A stretch of 64,000 bases of DNA, from the NCBI GenBank assembly GCA_030390025.1, contig CM059432.1, positions 496,001 through 560,000 of the forward strand, written 5' to 3'. Position numbers and translations under genes: made by a program. How positions within the stretch are numbered: the stretch's first letter is position 1; the number at the start of each line of letters is the position of its first letter. Below are positions 33,823-47,200 of this stretch, in pieces. The DNA is from Squalus acanthias (lineage: Eukaryota). The notes under the pieces were generated by a model. That model worked only from the letters and a program-made list of their open reading frames with translations, was not told where the DNA came from and searched no databases.

Positions 33823-34415
33823 TAGTTCAGTGTGTCACAGAAACAGCTCTGTTTTCACTTCAGACTGGGAGCGGAACCAGTTTTGGATGAGATTGTCACC
33901 ATTACCCAGGAGAATGCAGCTGCATATTCACCAGTACAATAGGGTGTCCCAGTTGCTCTGCTGGGAGACTGCCTCTGATGAGTAACCTGGTACCACTGGT
34001 TCACTCTTAAATCTGCCTCTGCTGTCTTGCTTGCAATTGAGGAGTGGGTTGGGGGGCAGCTAGTTGAGGGTCCTGAACACACTGGCCAATAGTCAAGTAC
34101 AGAGGTTGTCCAAAAATGTCAAGGTGACTCAATGGGATGAAGTTCAGGAGCAAAGACTGACAACATATCAACCAGCACAGTTAAGACTCTCCACATCGCA
34201 TTGGAAGTGACTTAACAGTTTTTGGGTTTTACTGTTTACAAGCTGGTGTGGATAAGCTTATTTTTAGTAGCACATTACTTAGGTGCCTTCTCGAGTTCCT
34301 CTTAATGTTGGCAGCAGAGTAGTTTGGTGTTAACTGTATTATAATCTAACCAAGCACATGTATAAGTATGTGTGATATCATAGTATGTTTAATCCAAGTC
34401 TTTCTTTTTTTCTTA

Positions 34416-34905
34416 TCATAGAACCATACAGCACAGAAGGAGGCCATTCAGCCCATTGTGCTTGTGCTATCATTTTGAAAGAGCTGTCTTTCAAATAAAA
34501 GGTGTTCAAAATCATGAGGGGTCTGGACAGAGTAGATAGACAGTGACTGTTCCCATTGGTGGAAGGGTCGAGAACCAGAGGACACAGATTTAAGGTGATT
34601 GGCAGAAGAACCAAAGGTGACATGAGGAAAAACTTTTTTATGCAGCGAGTGGTTAGGATCTGGAATGCACTGCCTGAAAGGGTGGTGGGGGCAGACTCAA
34701 TTGCGGCTTTCAAAAAAGGAATTGGATAAGTACCTGAAAGAAAAAAAATTTGCAGGGCTACGGGGAAAGGGCGGGGGGAGTGGGACTAGCTGAAGTGCTC
34801 TTGCAGAGAGCCGGCACGGGCTCGATGGGCTGAATGGCCTCCTTCTGCGCTGTAACCATTCCGTGATTCTATCCAATTAGTCCCACTCCCCATAGCCCTG
34901 CAAAG
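34416..34905. mobile_element. CR1 3' fragment (+, about 34500-34871) nested in an opposite-strand CR1 tail
   Basis: [23 protein letters not shown]; host tail present on both sides. Confidence 0.8.
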
Positions 34906-34959
34906 AAGTTCTAAGCATTACTTTTACAAGCAGAAAAAAAATTACAACCGACAACTTGA

Positions 34960-35150
34960 ACCTTGGGCTCGCTTCCCACGGTCAAGTTTGCAATCGAGCC
35001 CGGAATAGTCAAGCCAGTGCTGCGCGTGCGCAGTGTGGCCGGGCGAGCGCCAGCAGCCCGCGCGTGCGCAGTGCGGCAGCAGTCCGCCGGTTGTCAACAA
35101 AGCCGCTGGCGGGCAGTGGCTGACTGACTGACTGAGGGAGTGATGGCGGC
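34960..35150 (+). promoter_or_regulatory. RMC1 CpG-rich promoter/5'UTR with two NRF1-like sites, an ETS-like core and a YY1-like motif over the ATG
   Basis: TGCGCGTGCGCA 35021-35032, CGCGCGTGCGCA 35059-35070, CCGGAA about 35000-35005, GATGGCGGC 35142-35150; local CpG enrichment; no TATA box. Confidence 0.7.
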
Positions 35151-35250
35151 GGGGGCGGGAGGACATTACCTGGAGCTGTGCGACAGCCCCGTGCAGTTCG
35201 AGAAAGTCTCGGCCGTCAACAATGTCTTTTTCGACGAGGCCAATAAGCAG
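35143..35250 (+). CDS. RMC1: RMC1 exon 1: [36 protein letters not shown]
   Basis: GTGATGG Kozak context, CAG|gtgagc donor. Confidence 0.95.
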
Positions 35251-38200
35251 GTGAGCGGGAGAAAGCGCGGGGACCGAGTGAGAGAGACCGAGAGAAAGGC
35301 CCCGAGCCCGACAAACACCGCCACCTCCTTCATCATCTTCTCAGGCAGTCCCTGGGAACCGAGGATGATTTGCTTCCACACTCACAATCAGTTCTCAGGT
35401 GACTGATGAGTCCAATGCGGGACCTACAGTCTCAGTCACAGGTGGGGCAGACGGTGGTTGAAGGGGCGGGTGGGTGGGGTGCTTGGGTTGACGTGCGCTC
35501 CTTGCGCTGCCTGCGCTTGGCTTCCGCTCGCTCCCGGCGAAGAGACTCGAGGTGTACGGCGCCTTCCCGGATGCTTCTCCTCCACTTTGTGCGGTCTTGG
35601 GCCAGGGATTCCCAGGTGTCAGTGGGGATGCTGCACTTTTTCAAGGAGGCTTTGAGGGTGTCCTTGAAGCGTTTCCTCTGCCCGCCTGGGGCTCTCTTGC
35701 CGTGCCGGAGCTCCGAGTAGAGCGCTTGTTTTGGGAGTCTCGTATCGGGCATGAGGCCAATGTGACCCGTCCATCGGAGCTGATCGAGCGTGGTCAAAGC
35801 TTCGATGCTGGGGATGTTGGCCTGAGCGAGAACACTGATGTTGGTGCGCCTATCCTGCCAATGGATTTGCAGGATCTTGCGGAGGCAGCGTTGGTGGTAC
35901 CTCTCCAGTGCTTTGAGGTGCCAGCTGTACATGGTCCATGTCTCTGAGGTGTACAGCAGGGCGGGTATCACTGCTGCTCTGTAGACCATGAGCTTAGTGC
36001 CGGGTTTGAGGTCCTGGTCTTCAAACACTCTCTTCCTCAGGTGACCGAAGGCTGCACTGGCACACTGAAGGCGGTGTTGGACTTCGTCATCGACGTCTGC
36101 CCTTGTTGACAGTAGGCTCCCAAGGTATGGAAAGTGGTCCACGTTGTCCAAGGCCTCATCATGGATTTTGATAATTGGGGGGCAGTACTGTGTGGCTGGG
36201 GCAAGTTGGTAGAGGACCTTTGTCTTACAGATGTTTAGTGTAAGGCCCATGCTTTCGTACGCTTCGGTGAAGGTGTTGATGATGGTTTGGAGTTTGACCT
36301 CCGAGTGTGCGCAGACGCAAGCGTCGTCTGCATACTGTAATTCAACGACAGAGGATGGGACGATCTTGGATCTGGACTGGAGGTGACGGAGGATGAACAG
36401 TTTCCCGCTTGTTCTGTAGATTAGCTCCACTCCAGCGGGGAGCTTACTGAGGGTGAGATGGAGCATTGCAGCCAGGAAGATCGAGAAGAGCGTTGGTGCG
36501 ATGACATAGCCTTGGTTGACCCCGGTCCGTACGTGAATTGGGTCTGTGGTGGATCCGTTGGTCAGGATCACGGCTTTCATGTCGTCGTGAAGCAGGCGGA
36601 GGATGGTGACAAACTTTTGAGGGCAGCCGAATTTGAGGAGGACACTCCATAATCCCTCATGGTTGACCGTGTCGAAGGCCTTTGTGAGGTCAAAGAAGTC
36701 CATGTTCAGCGGTTGGTGCTGTTCCCTGCATTTCTCTTGTAGTTGACGCGCGGTGAAGATCATGTCCATTGTGCCCCTTAGTGGGTGGAATCCGCATTGC
36801 GACTCTGGGAGGAGCTCTTCAGCCACTGGGAGAAGGCGATTAAGGAGGATTCTTGCGATGACTTTCCCTGTGGCAGACAGCAGGGAAACTCCTCTGTAAT
36901 TACCGCAATCGGACTTGTCACCTTTCTTGAAGATGGTCACGATTACGGCGTCTCTGAGATCCCCTGGCATGCTGCTCTCCTTCCAAATAAGAGAAATTAG
37001 TTCATGTATTCGCACCAATAGTGCTTCTCTGCCATGTTTTAGCGCCTCGGCGGGGATTCCATCTGCTCCTGAGGCCTTGTTGTTCTTCAGTTGTCAGATG
37101 GCCTTTTCAACCTCATCTCACCACCAACCGCAGGGGGCAGTACTGAGGGAGCGCCGCACTGTCGGAAGGGCAGTACTGAGGGAGCGCCGCACTGTCGGAA
37201 GGGCAGTACTGAGGGAGCGCCGCACTGTCGGAAGGGCAGTACTGAGGGAGCGCCGCACTGTCGGAAGGGCAGTACTGAGGGAGCGCAGTACTGAGGGAGC
37301 ACCGCACTGTCGGAAGGGCAGTACTGAGGGAGCGCGCAGCGCAGCCCGTTAAAGGGGCCATGCGACGCAAAAATAATTATGGGGAACATTGGTACTCCCT
37401 GTTGTAATGTGGGAAACACGGCAGCCAGTTTACACACAGCAAGCTCCCACAAACAGCAATGTGATAAAGACCAGATAACCTGTTTTAGTGATGTTGGTTG
37501 AGGGATAAATATTGGCCCCAGGACACCGGGGAGAACTCCCCTGCTCTTCTTCGAATAGTGGCCATGGGACCTTTTACATTCACCTGAGAGCGCAGATTGT
37601 GCTTCCATTTAACATCTCATCTGAAAGACGGCACCTCCGACAGTGCAGCACTCCCTCAGTACTGCACTGGAGTGTCAGCCTGGGTTATGGGCTCAAGTCT
37701 CTGGAGTGGGACTGGAACCCACAACCTTCTGACTCAGAGGCGAGTGTGCTACCCACTGAGCCACGGCTGACATCGGGTTCTATGATTCTGTAGCTTTTTA
37801 CTCTAGAACATGCCTGTTTGATTGAAGTATTTAAAATGATGAAGGGTCTAGACTGTCCATGTGGATGGATGATTTCAATTAGATAGGTTTGGGAGAATTA
37901 GGAAAACATGCAGCACGAACTCTGCACTTTTCTAGAATATGAAGACCCAGCTCTCTCAGCCTATTATGATAACTAAGAGTTTTTAAACTACTCATTAATC
38001 TGGTAGCCCTCCTCTGGACCTTTTCCTGGGCTAATAACAGTGCTGTTGTGAGGTTAGACAAAGATTGCTTATGGTCTAGATACAACAACAACAACTTGTA
38101 TTTATATAGCGCCTTTAACGTAGTAAAATGTCCCAAGGTGCTGCACAGGAGTATTTTAAGACAAAAATTTGACACTGATCCACATAAGGATAAATTAGGG

Positions 38201-41200
38201 CAGGTGATCAAAAGCTTGGTCAAAGAAGTAGGTTTTAAGGAGCGTCTTAAAGGAGGAAAGAGAGGTAGACTTAATGCACATAGAAAGTCTTCCTATATAA
38301 AATCAGAAAATGCTGGAAACACTCAGCAGGTCAGGCAGCATCTGTTTCCCCTGGCTGGAGAGAATGACGAAGGGTCATCGACCTGAAACGTTTCTCTCTC
38401 CACAGATGCTGCTTGACCTGCTGAGTGTTCCCAGCATTTTTTGTTTTTTATTTCAATTTCCAGCATCCTCAGTATTTTGCCTGTGCAGAAAGTCTTCCTC
38501 CTTTTTTGAGGGAGATTTACTCTGGTAGATGTTCACTAGACTGATTCCTGGGATGGGGGGATTGCCCTATGAGGAGAGATTGAGTAGACTAGGCCTTTAC
38601 TCCCTAAAGTTTAGAAGAATGAGAGGTGATCTCATTGAAACATACAAAATTCTTACAGGGCTTGACAGGGTGGATGCTGGGAGCATGTTTCCCCTGGCTG
38701 GAGAGTCTAGAACCAGGGGTCACAGTCTCAGAATAAGGGGTCGGCCATTTAGGACTGAGATGAGGAGAAATTTCTTCACTCAGAGGGTGGTGAATCTTTG
38801 GAATTCTCTACCCCAGAGGACTGTGGAGGCTCAGTCATTGAGTATGTTCAAGACAGAGATTGATAGATTTGTGGATATTAAGGGAATCAAGGGATACGGG
38901 CATAGTGTGGGGAAGTGGAGTTGAGTTCGAAGATCAGCCATGATCTTATTGAATGGCGGAGCAGGCTGGAGGGGCCGAATGGCCTGCTCCTATTATGTTC
39001 TCTGCATCTGACGTCAGTGTAGCTGACCTGGGAGTGCAAGGTGCTGATAGTGGGTGATCGATCCATTCCCAATTGGTGATGATTGCATGCAGATGCTAAA
39101 AGCAAAATTCATTTATAAATTCTCCCAGTTGAAGTCTTTGGTTCCGATGTAGAACGTGTATCCCTTGCAGTACCTGCAAGCAGACTTTCAGCCCTGAGGA
39201 TACATTCGTTGGTGAGATAACAGATGACATTGTAGGCTTCTGAAGAACACCCCTTACTTCCTGCTTCCTGATCTTGCGCCGTATGCAGTGCTCCACCTTT
39301 TTGTTTCCTGTTACCAGTAGAAGCTGCTGAACTGATTCAGTGTTTATTTTTAATCATTCTCGGGATGTGGCCGTGGCTGGCATCTGTTGCCCTTGAGAAG
39401 GTGGTGGTGAGCCGCCGCCTTGAACCGCAGCAGTCCGTGTGGTGAAGGTGCTCCCGCAGTGCTGTTAAGGAGGGAGTTCCAGGATTTTGACCCAGCGACG
39501 ATGAAGGAACAGCCAAGTTGGGACGCTGTGTAACTTGGAGGGGAGCTTTGTGGTAACGATGTTCCCATACTGCCCTTGTGTCTCAAAGACTGAGTCTGAG
39601 CAGGCCAGCACACTTGCCTCCTACAGGAAGCCAACAACCAAGAGAGACTCTGACCCTTTTCCCAGCTTATGGTGGAGTCACTAGTGTTCTCTCTCCCCCC
39701 TGCGCATTAGACGCGGTGCCCACCTCTAACCTGCTCAACCATGAGTCCTGATGCTACCGTTTCTACCTGCTGCTGCCGCCTCTAACTTGGCCACTCGCCT
39801 GAGTACCGCTGCTGCTGCCACTCACCACCCAAGGTACAGAGACAATGAAAAACAGAAGAGTAAGAAAAGCAAAACACAAGTAAAGGAGCAGAGATGGGGG
39901 TGAGTTGCTAGCAAAAGAGACGAGTGAATGCAGAGAAACAGTGAATATGAAAAGAAACAAGTGAATCCAGACTCGAGTATTCCAATGCTCTCCTGGCCGG
40001 CCTCCCATCTTCCACCCTCCCTAAACTTTAGCTCATCCAAAAGTCTGCTGCCCTGTGTCCTAACTTGCACCAAGTCCCGTTCACCCATCACCCTTGTGCT
40101 CGCTGACCTACATTGGCTCCTAGTCCGGCAGCGACTCGATTTTAAAATTCTCATCCTTGTTTTCAAATCCCTCCATGGCCTTGCCCCTCCCTATCTCTGT
40201 AATCTCCTCCAACCCTCCGAGATCTCTGCACTCCTCCAATTCTGGCCTCTTGCGTATCCCTGATTATAATCGCTCCACCATTGGTGGCGTGCCTTCAGCT
40301 GCTGAGGCCCTAAGCTCTGAAATTCCTTCCCTAAACCTGTCCGCCTCTCTACCTCTCTCTCCTCCTTAAAACTGACCTCTTTTCCACCCTTCCTAATACG
40401 TATTATGTTAAAGACGCTATATAAATACAAGTTGTTGTTGTGAAAAGAGAGAGAGACTGAGGTGAAGGCAGAGAGAGAGAGCAATGTAGGGTGCATTTAC
40501 AGTCGAACTGTATCACGGGGGTTTCTGCTATGTATCCACGTTAGTGTTAGTGTAAATGCATCATTAATTGGCACAGTCCACTCACTTGTTGCATCACAAG
40601 GATCTGTCCTGTAAAAAGTTGAACACTCTTGCACGACTGTGCGTGCGACATTTTTATATTCTCACATCCGCAGTCCTGTCGCCTCTGAGTGCGATTGTCA
40701 GCGAGCAGCCAATTAGGTTGCAGTGTTGTGCTGTTGAATTGCATCCACTCGGAATTGGCTGAGCTTGTCCAAACTCATTTCACACAGGACCATTGCAGTT
40801 AAGAGTGAGCCAGGACCTTCCTGTCCCATCCGTCTGGAAATATCAATTACTGGGCAGGGCACAATTTAATGTACTGCTAACGACTACTTCTCTGAAAGCA
40901 GGGATAATACAATTATCAAACGCAAACATAACTTGATTTTATAATTAGTGTCACAGCTTTAGCTGCATTCAATTTAGTGTCTACCTTGCCTCAGTGGGCA
41001 GCACTCCCACCTCCGAGTCAGAGGGTCATGGGTTCAAGCCCCACTCCAAAGACTTGAGCACGTAATCCAGGCTGACACACCAGTGTAGTACTGAGGGAGA
41101 GCCGCACTGTTGGAGGGGCAGTACTGAGGGAGCGCCGCACTGTCGAAGGGGCAGTACTGAGGGAGAGCCGCACTGTCGGAGGGGCAGTACTGAGGGAGAG

Positions 41201-44200
41201 CCGCACTGTCGGAGGGGCAGTACTGAGGGAGAGCCGCACTGTCGGAGGGGCAGTACTGAGGGAGAGCCGCACTGTCGGAGGGGCAGTACTGAGGGAGCGC
41301 CGCACTGTCGGAGGAACAGTACTGCGGGAGTGCTGCACTGCCAGAGGGACAGTGCTGCGGGAGCACTGCACTGTTGGAGGGGCAGTACTGAGGGAGCACC
41401 GCACTGTCGGAGGGACAGTAACGAGGGAGCGCCGCACTGTCGGAGGGGCAGTACTAAGGGAGCACCACACTATTGGAGGGACAGTAACGAGGGAGCGCCG
41501 CACTGCCAGAGGGACAGTACTGAGGGAGCGCTTCCCTGTCGGAGGGACAGTACTGAGGGAGCGCTTCCCTGTCGGAGGGACAGTACTGAGGGAGCGCTTC
41601 CCTGTCGGAGGGACAGTACTGAGGGAGCGCTTCCCTGTCGGAGGGGCAGTACTGAGGGAGCGCTGCACTGTCGGAGGGACAGTACTGAGGGAGCGCTTCC
41701 CTGTCGGAGGGGCAGTACTGAGGGAGCGCTTCCCTGTCGGAGGGACAGTACTGAGGGAGCGCTTCCCTGTCGGAGGGACAGTACTGAGGGAGCGCTTCCC
41801 TGTCGGAGGGACAGTACTGAGGGAGCGCTTCCCTGTCGGAGGGACAGTACTGAGGGAGCACTGCACTGTCGGAGGGGCAGTACTGAGGGAGCGCTTCCCT
41901 GTCGGAGGGACAGTACTGAGGGAGCACTGCACTGTCGGAGGGGCAGTACTGAGGGAGCACTGCACTGTCGGAGGGGCAGTACTGAGGGAGTGCTGCTCTG
42001 TTGGAGATGCCATCTTTTGGATGAGATGTTAAACCAAGGCCCCATCTAACCTCTTGGGTGAACGTAAAAGATCCCATGGCACTATTTTGAAGAAGAGCAG
42101 GGGAGTTCTCCCCGGTGTCCTGGCCAATATTTATCCCTCAACCGACATCACTTTAAAAAAAAAAACAGATTATCTGGTCATTATCACATTGCTGTGGGTG
42201 GGATCTTGCTGTATGTAAATTGGCAGCTGTCTTTCCTACATTATAATTGTCATTACACTTCAAAAGTACCTAATTGGCTGTGAAGCGCTTTGGGATGTCC
42301 TGACATTGTGAAAGGCCCTGTAGTCTTTCATTCTCTTCTTTCTTAGTGCAACATAAGTAAAATTCAATCTCTCGGGTCGCAGTTCATGTTTGCCAAAGTT
42401 AGCCTCTGCCGCATATGTAGAAAGTGAACCGGTAGAAATTATAAGTTTCCAGCCTCCAAGTCTATAACTTGGCTGATAGAGACATACGACCTATTGGATT
42501 AGAGAATAGATCTTGTTTTAAAAAGTACATTTTCCATTTTCTTTTGATAGGTGTTTGCTGTTCGCTCTGGGGGAGCCACTGGTGTGGTGGTTAAAGGACC
42601 CGATGACAAGAGCTGCGTCTCCTTCAGGTAAAGCAATCGCGAAACCAGAGTGCAGATATTTAAGATCACACGTGCTGGAGACATCAAGTAGAAATTGGAA
42701 GGACATTTTATAAACACGTTCTCGCTCATCTTAACAAACAGGTCACAAAGACTTGATGTGTCATCATTAAAAACTAATCTTAAAAAGAACATCCTCTGGC
42801 TTTGCAAAATAATGTTGATGTGAGGTTATTCACCTTGTTAGGAAGAATAGAAAAACAAAATATTTTTTAAATGGTGAGAAACTATTAAGAACTGGGAGAA
42901 GTTAAGAGATTTAACAGTTTATAAGCAAGTACAGAACCAGGGAAAAGGCGGGGGGGTTGGGGGGCGGAGGGGAGGAAAGAACAAAGGGGGAAGGTCTGTG
43001 ATAGGTTGGAAGGCAGGAGAGATTAAATGCCAAAAGGGATGATGGTGCGAGGCAAAAGGAGGTGGTAATGGGACAAGTAAAGAATCAAAAGATGGAGCTG
43101 TAAATGGCAACAGCAGAACCGTTACCAGCACTTCGTTACTGTTCGAAATAAATGGGAGCAGTGGTTATGATCAATGTTCCCGCTAAGGTGCACCGCACGG
43201 CGCGGCCGCGCAGTAATCTGCTTTTACACTGTAAATACTGCGCATGCGCAGAAATTGAAAGGGACCGCGCATTAAAAGGAACAGGTCGTGCAGAACAAAG
43301 CGCAGCTCACGGACCATTGGGTATGATCTGTGTAAAGATATATCTCGTGTCTTTGTACAAAGTGGACCTGATTGGTGGTGAATTAGCTGTGAATACTTAA
43401 ACATTCTATATTCTTTTAAAACAGCCCGTCGTACCCCTGGCACCTGCACATCCAGCGAAGAAACTCACTGGTTCCTGATTGTGGTGGTGTATTGCCACAG
43501 GGCTGTGTGATAGTTCTTGACATGATAGTAACGGTTTAGTACCTTCCTTTAGAACCTTCATTTCCACTTTTTAACTCGAGCTATTAATAATAAAGAGAAG
43601 AGGTCTTGTTTTGATGATAAAATGTTTGCTGTGCGCAGATTGGCTGCCCCGTTTGTTTTTTAAAATTCGTTTATGGGATCTGGGCGTCGCTGGCAATGCC
43701 AGCATTTATTGCCCATCCCTAGTTGCCCTTGAGAAGGTGGTGGTGAGCCGCCTTCTTGAACCGCTGCAGTCCGTGTGGTGAAGGTGCTCCCACAGTGCTG
43801 TTCGGGAGGGAGTTCCAGGATTTTGACCCAGCGACGATGAAGGAACGACGATATACTTCTAAGTCAGGATGGTGTGTGACTTGGAGGGGAACTTGGAGGT
43901 GGTGGTGTTCCCATGCGCCTGCTGCCCTTGTCCTTCTAGCTGGAAGAGGTCGCAGGTTTGGGAGGTGCTGCCGAAGAAGCCTTGGCGAGTTGCTGCAGTG
44001 CATCTTGTAGATGGGACACACTGCAGCCACGGTACGCCGGTGGTGGAGGGAGTGAATGTTTAAGGTGGTGGATGGGGTGCCAATCAAGCGGGCTGCTTTG
44101 TCCTGGATGGGGTCAAAATTCTAGTGTTGTTGGAGCTGCACTCATCCAGGCAAGTGGAGAGTATTCCATCACACTCCTTACTTGTGCCTTGTAGATGGTG

Positions 44201-47200
44201 GAAAGGCTTTGAGGAGTCAGGAGGTGAGACACTCACCGCAGAATACCTAGCCTCTGACCTGCTCTTGTTGGTACAGTATTTATGTGGCTGGTCCAGTTAA
44301 GTTTCTGGTCAATGGTGACCCCCAGGATGTTGATAGTGGGGGATTCGGCGATGGTAATGCCATTGAATGTCAAGGGGAGGTGGTTAGACTCTCGCTTGTT
44401 GGAGATAGTCATTGCCTGGCATTTCTGTGGCGCGAATGTTACCTGCCACTTATCAGCCCAAGCCTTAACGTTGTCCAGGTCTTGTTGCATGCGGGCATGG
44501 ACTGCTTCATTATCTGTGGAGTTGTGAATGGCGCTGAACACTGTGCAGTCATTAGCGAACATCCCCATTTCTGACCTTATGTTGGAGGGAAGGTCATTGA
44601 TGAAGCAGCTGAAGATGGTTGGGCCTAGGACACTGCCCTGAGGAACTCCTGCAGCGATGTCCTGGGGCTGTGATGATTGACCTTCAACCACCACAACCAT
44701 CTTCCTTTGTGCTAGGTATGACTCCAGCCAGTGGAGCGTTTCCCCCCCGATTCCCATTGACTTCAGTTTTACTAGGGCTCCTTGATGCCACACTCGGTCA
44801 AATGCTGCCTTGATGTCAAGGACAGTCACTCTCCCCTCACCTCTAGAATTCAGCTCCTTTGTCCATGTTTGGACCAAGGCTGTAATGAGGTCCGGAGCCA
44901 AGTGGTCCTGGCGGAACCCAAACTGGGCATCAGTGAGCAGGTTATTGGTGAGTAAGTGCCGCTTGATAGCACTGTCGATGACACCTTCCATCACTTTTGC
45001 TGATGATTGAGAGTAGACTGATGGGGCGGTACTTGGCCGGGTTGTATTTGTCCTGCTTTTTGTGGACAGGACATACCTGGGCAGTTTTCCACATTGTCGG
45101 ATAGATGTCAGTGTTGTAGCTGTACTGGAACAGCTTGGCTAGTTCTGGAGCACAAGTCTTCAGCACAATAGCCGGGATGTTGTCGGGCCCATAGCCTTTG
45201 CTGTATCCAGTGCGCTCAGCCGTTTCTTGATATCACGTGGAGTGAATCGAATTGGCTGAAGACTGGCTTCTGTGATGGTGGGGACCTCGCGAGTAGGCCG
45301 ATATGGATCATCCACTCGGCACTTCTGGCTGAAGTTGGTTGCAAATACTTCAGCCTTGTCTTTTGCACTCACGTGCTGGGCACCACCATCATTGAGGATG
45401 GGGATATTCTTGGAGCCTCCTCCTCCCGTTAGTTGTTTAATAGTCCACCACCATTCATGACTGCAGAGCTTTGATCTGATCCGTTGATTGTGGGATCTCT
45501 TAGCCCTGTCTATAGCATGCTGCTTCCACTTTTTAGCATGCATGTAGTCCTGTGTTGCAGCTTCCCCAGGTTGGCACCTCATTTTTAGGTACGCCTGGTG
45601 CTGCTCCTGGCATGCTCATCTACACTCGTTGTTGAACCAGGGTTGGTCTCCTGGCTTGATGGTAATGGTAGAGTGAGGTATATGCCGGGCCATGAGGTTA
45701 CAGATTGTGGTGGAATACAATTCTGCTGCTGCCCCACAGCGCCTCATGGATGCCCAGTTTTGAGCTGTTAGATCTGTTCTGAATCTATCCCATTCAGCAC
45801 GGTGGTAGTGCCACACAACACGATGGAGGGTGTTCTCAGTGTGAAGACGAGACTTCGTCTCCACAATGACTCTGCGGTAGTCACTGCTGCCATGGACAGA
45901 TGCATCTGCAACAGGTAGATTGGTGAGGACAAGTAGGTTTTTCCCTCGAGTTGGTTCACTCACCACCTGTCGCAGGCCCAGACTGGCAGTTATGTCCTTC
46001 AGGACTCGGCCAGTAGTGGTGCTACCGAGCCACTCTTGGTGATGGACATTGAAGTCCCCCACCCAGAGTACATTCTGTGCCCTTGCTACTTTCAGTGCTT
46101 CTTCCAAGTGGTGTTCAACATGGAAGAGTACTGATTCATCAGCTGAGGGAGGGCAGTAGGTGGTAATCAGCTGGAGGTTTCCTTGCTCATGTTTGACCTG
46201 AAGCTATGAGACTTCATGGGGTCCGGAGTCAATGTTGAGGACTCCCAGGGCCACTCCTTCCCGACTGTATACCACTGTGCCACCACCCCTGGTGGGTCTG
46301 TCCTGCTGGTGGGACAGGACATACCCAGGGATGGTGATGGAGGAGTTCGGGACATTGGCTGAAAGGTATAATTCTGTGAGTATGACTATGTCAGGCTGTT
46401 GCTTGACTAGTCTGTGGGGCAGCTCTCCCAATTTTGGCACAAGTCCCCAGATGTTGGTGAGGAGGACTTTGCAGGGTTGACTGGGCTGGGTGTGCCGTTG
46501 CCGTGTCCGTAGCCGGTGCCGAGGTCGATGCCGGGTGGTCCGTCCGGTTTCATTCTTCTTTTGTTTCGTAGCGGTTAGTTACAACTGAGTGACTTGCTAG
46601 GCCATTTCAGAGGGCAGTTAAGAGTCAACCACATTGCTGTGGGTCTGGAGTCACATATAGGCCAGACCAGGTAAGGACGGCAGATTTCCTTCCCTAAAAG
46701 ACATTAGTGAACCAGATGGGTTTTTACGACAATCTGATAGTTTCATGGTCACCATTACTGATACTAGCTTTTTATTCCATATTTATTTAATTAACTGAAT
46801 TTAAATTCCCCAGCTGCCGTGGTGGGATTTGAACTCGCGTCTCTGGATCATTAGTCCAGGCCTCTGGATTACTAGCCCAGTAACATTACCACTACGCTAC
46901 CGTTTCCTACATTACAACAGTGACAACACTTCAAAAAGTACTTCATTGGCTGTAAAGCACTTTGGGACGTCCTGAGGTCGTGAAAGGCGCTGTAGAAATG
47001 CACTTTTTTTTCAGTAGCACGATGAGGGCAGTTTCATTCCTTTGGCAGGAGTGAATCAGGATTCTGTGGTAAAATGTATAATTTTTCTTGAATTGCTGTA
47101 TTTGATCTGAGCAGATGAATGCTTACTTTGCTTGTATGATGTTCCATTGTCCGTTATTCTAACACGGCCGTTTACGTGCATATTTTAAGTCAGTTCGTAC

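Noticed and set aside
35432..37018. Domesticated RT host gene
   Set aside because: 5'-truncated RTE with nonsense codons at both ends of the ORF, no ATG start and an ordinary RTE 3' tail
38362..38395. Additional hammerhead ribozyme
   Set aside because: Core is broken (ATGACGA rather than CTGACGA) and stem I is lost; a decayed Penelope fragment
41018..42077. Long ORFs in all frames ([22 protein letters not shown] repeats)
   Set aside because: Translation of the SINE-derived 33-bp array
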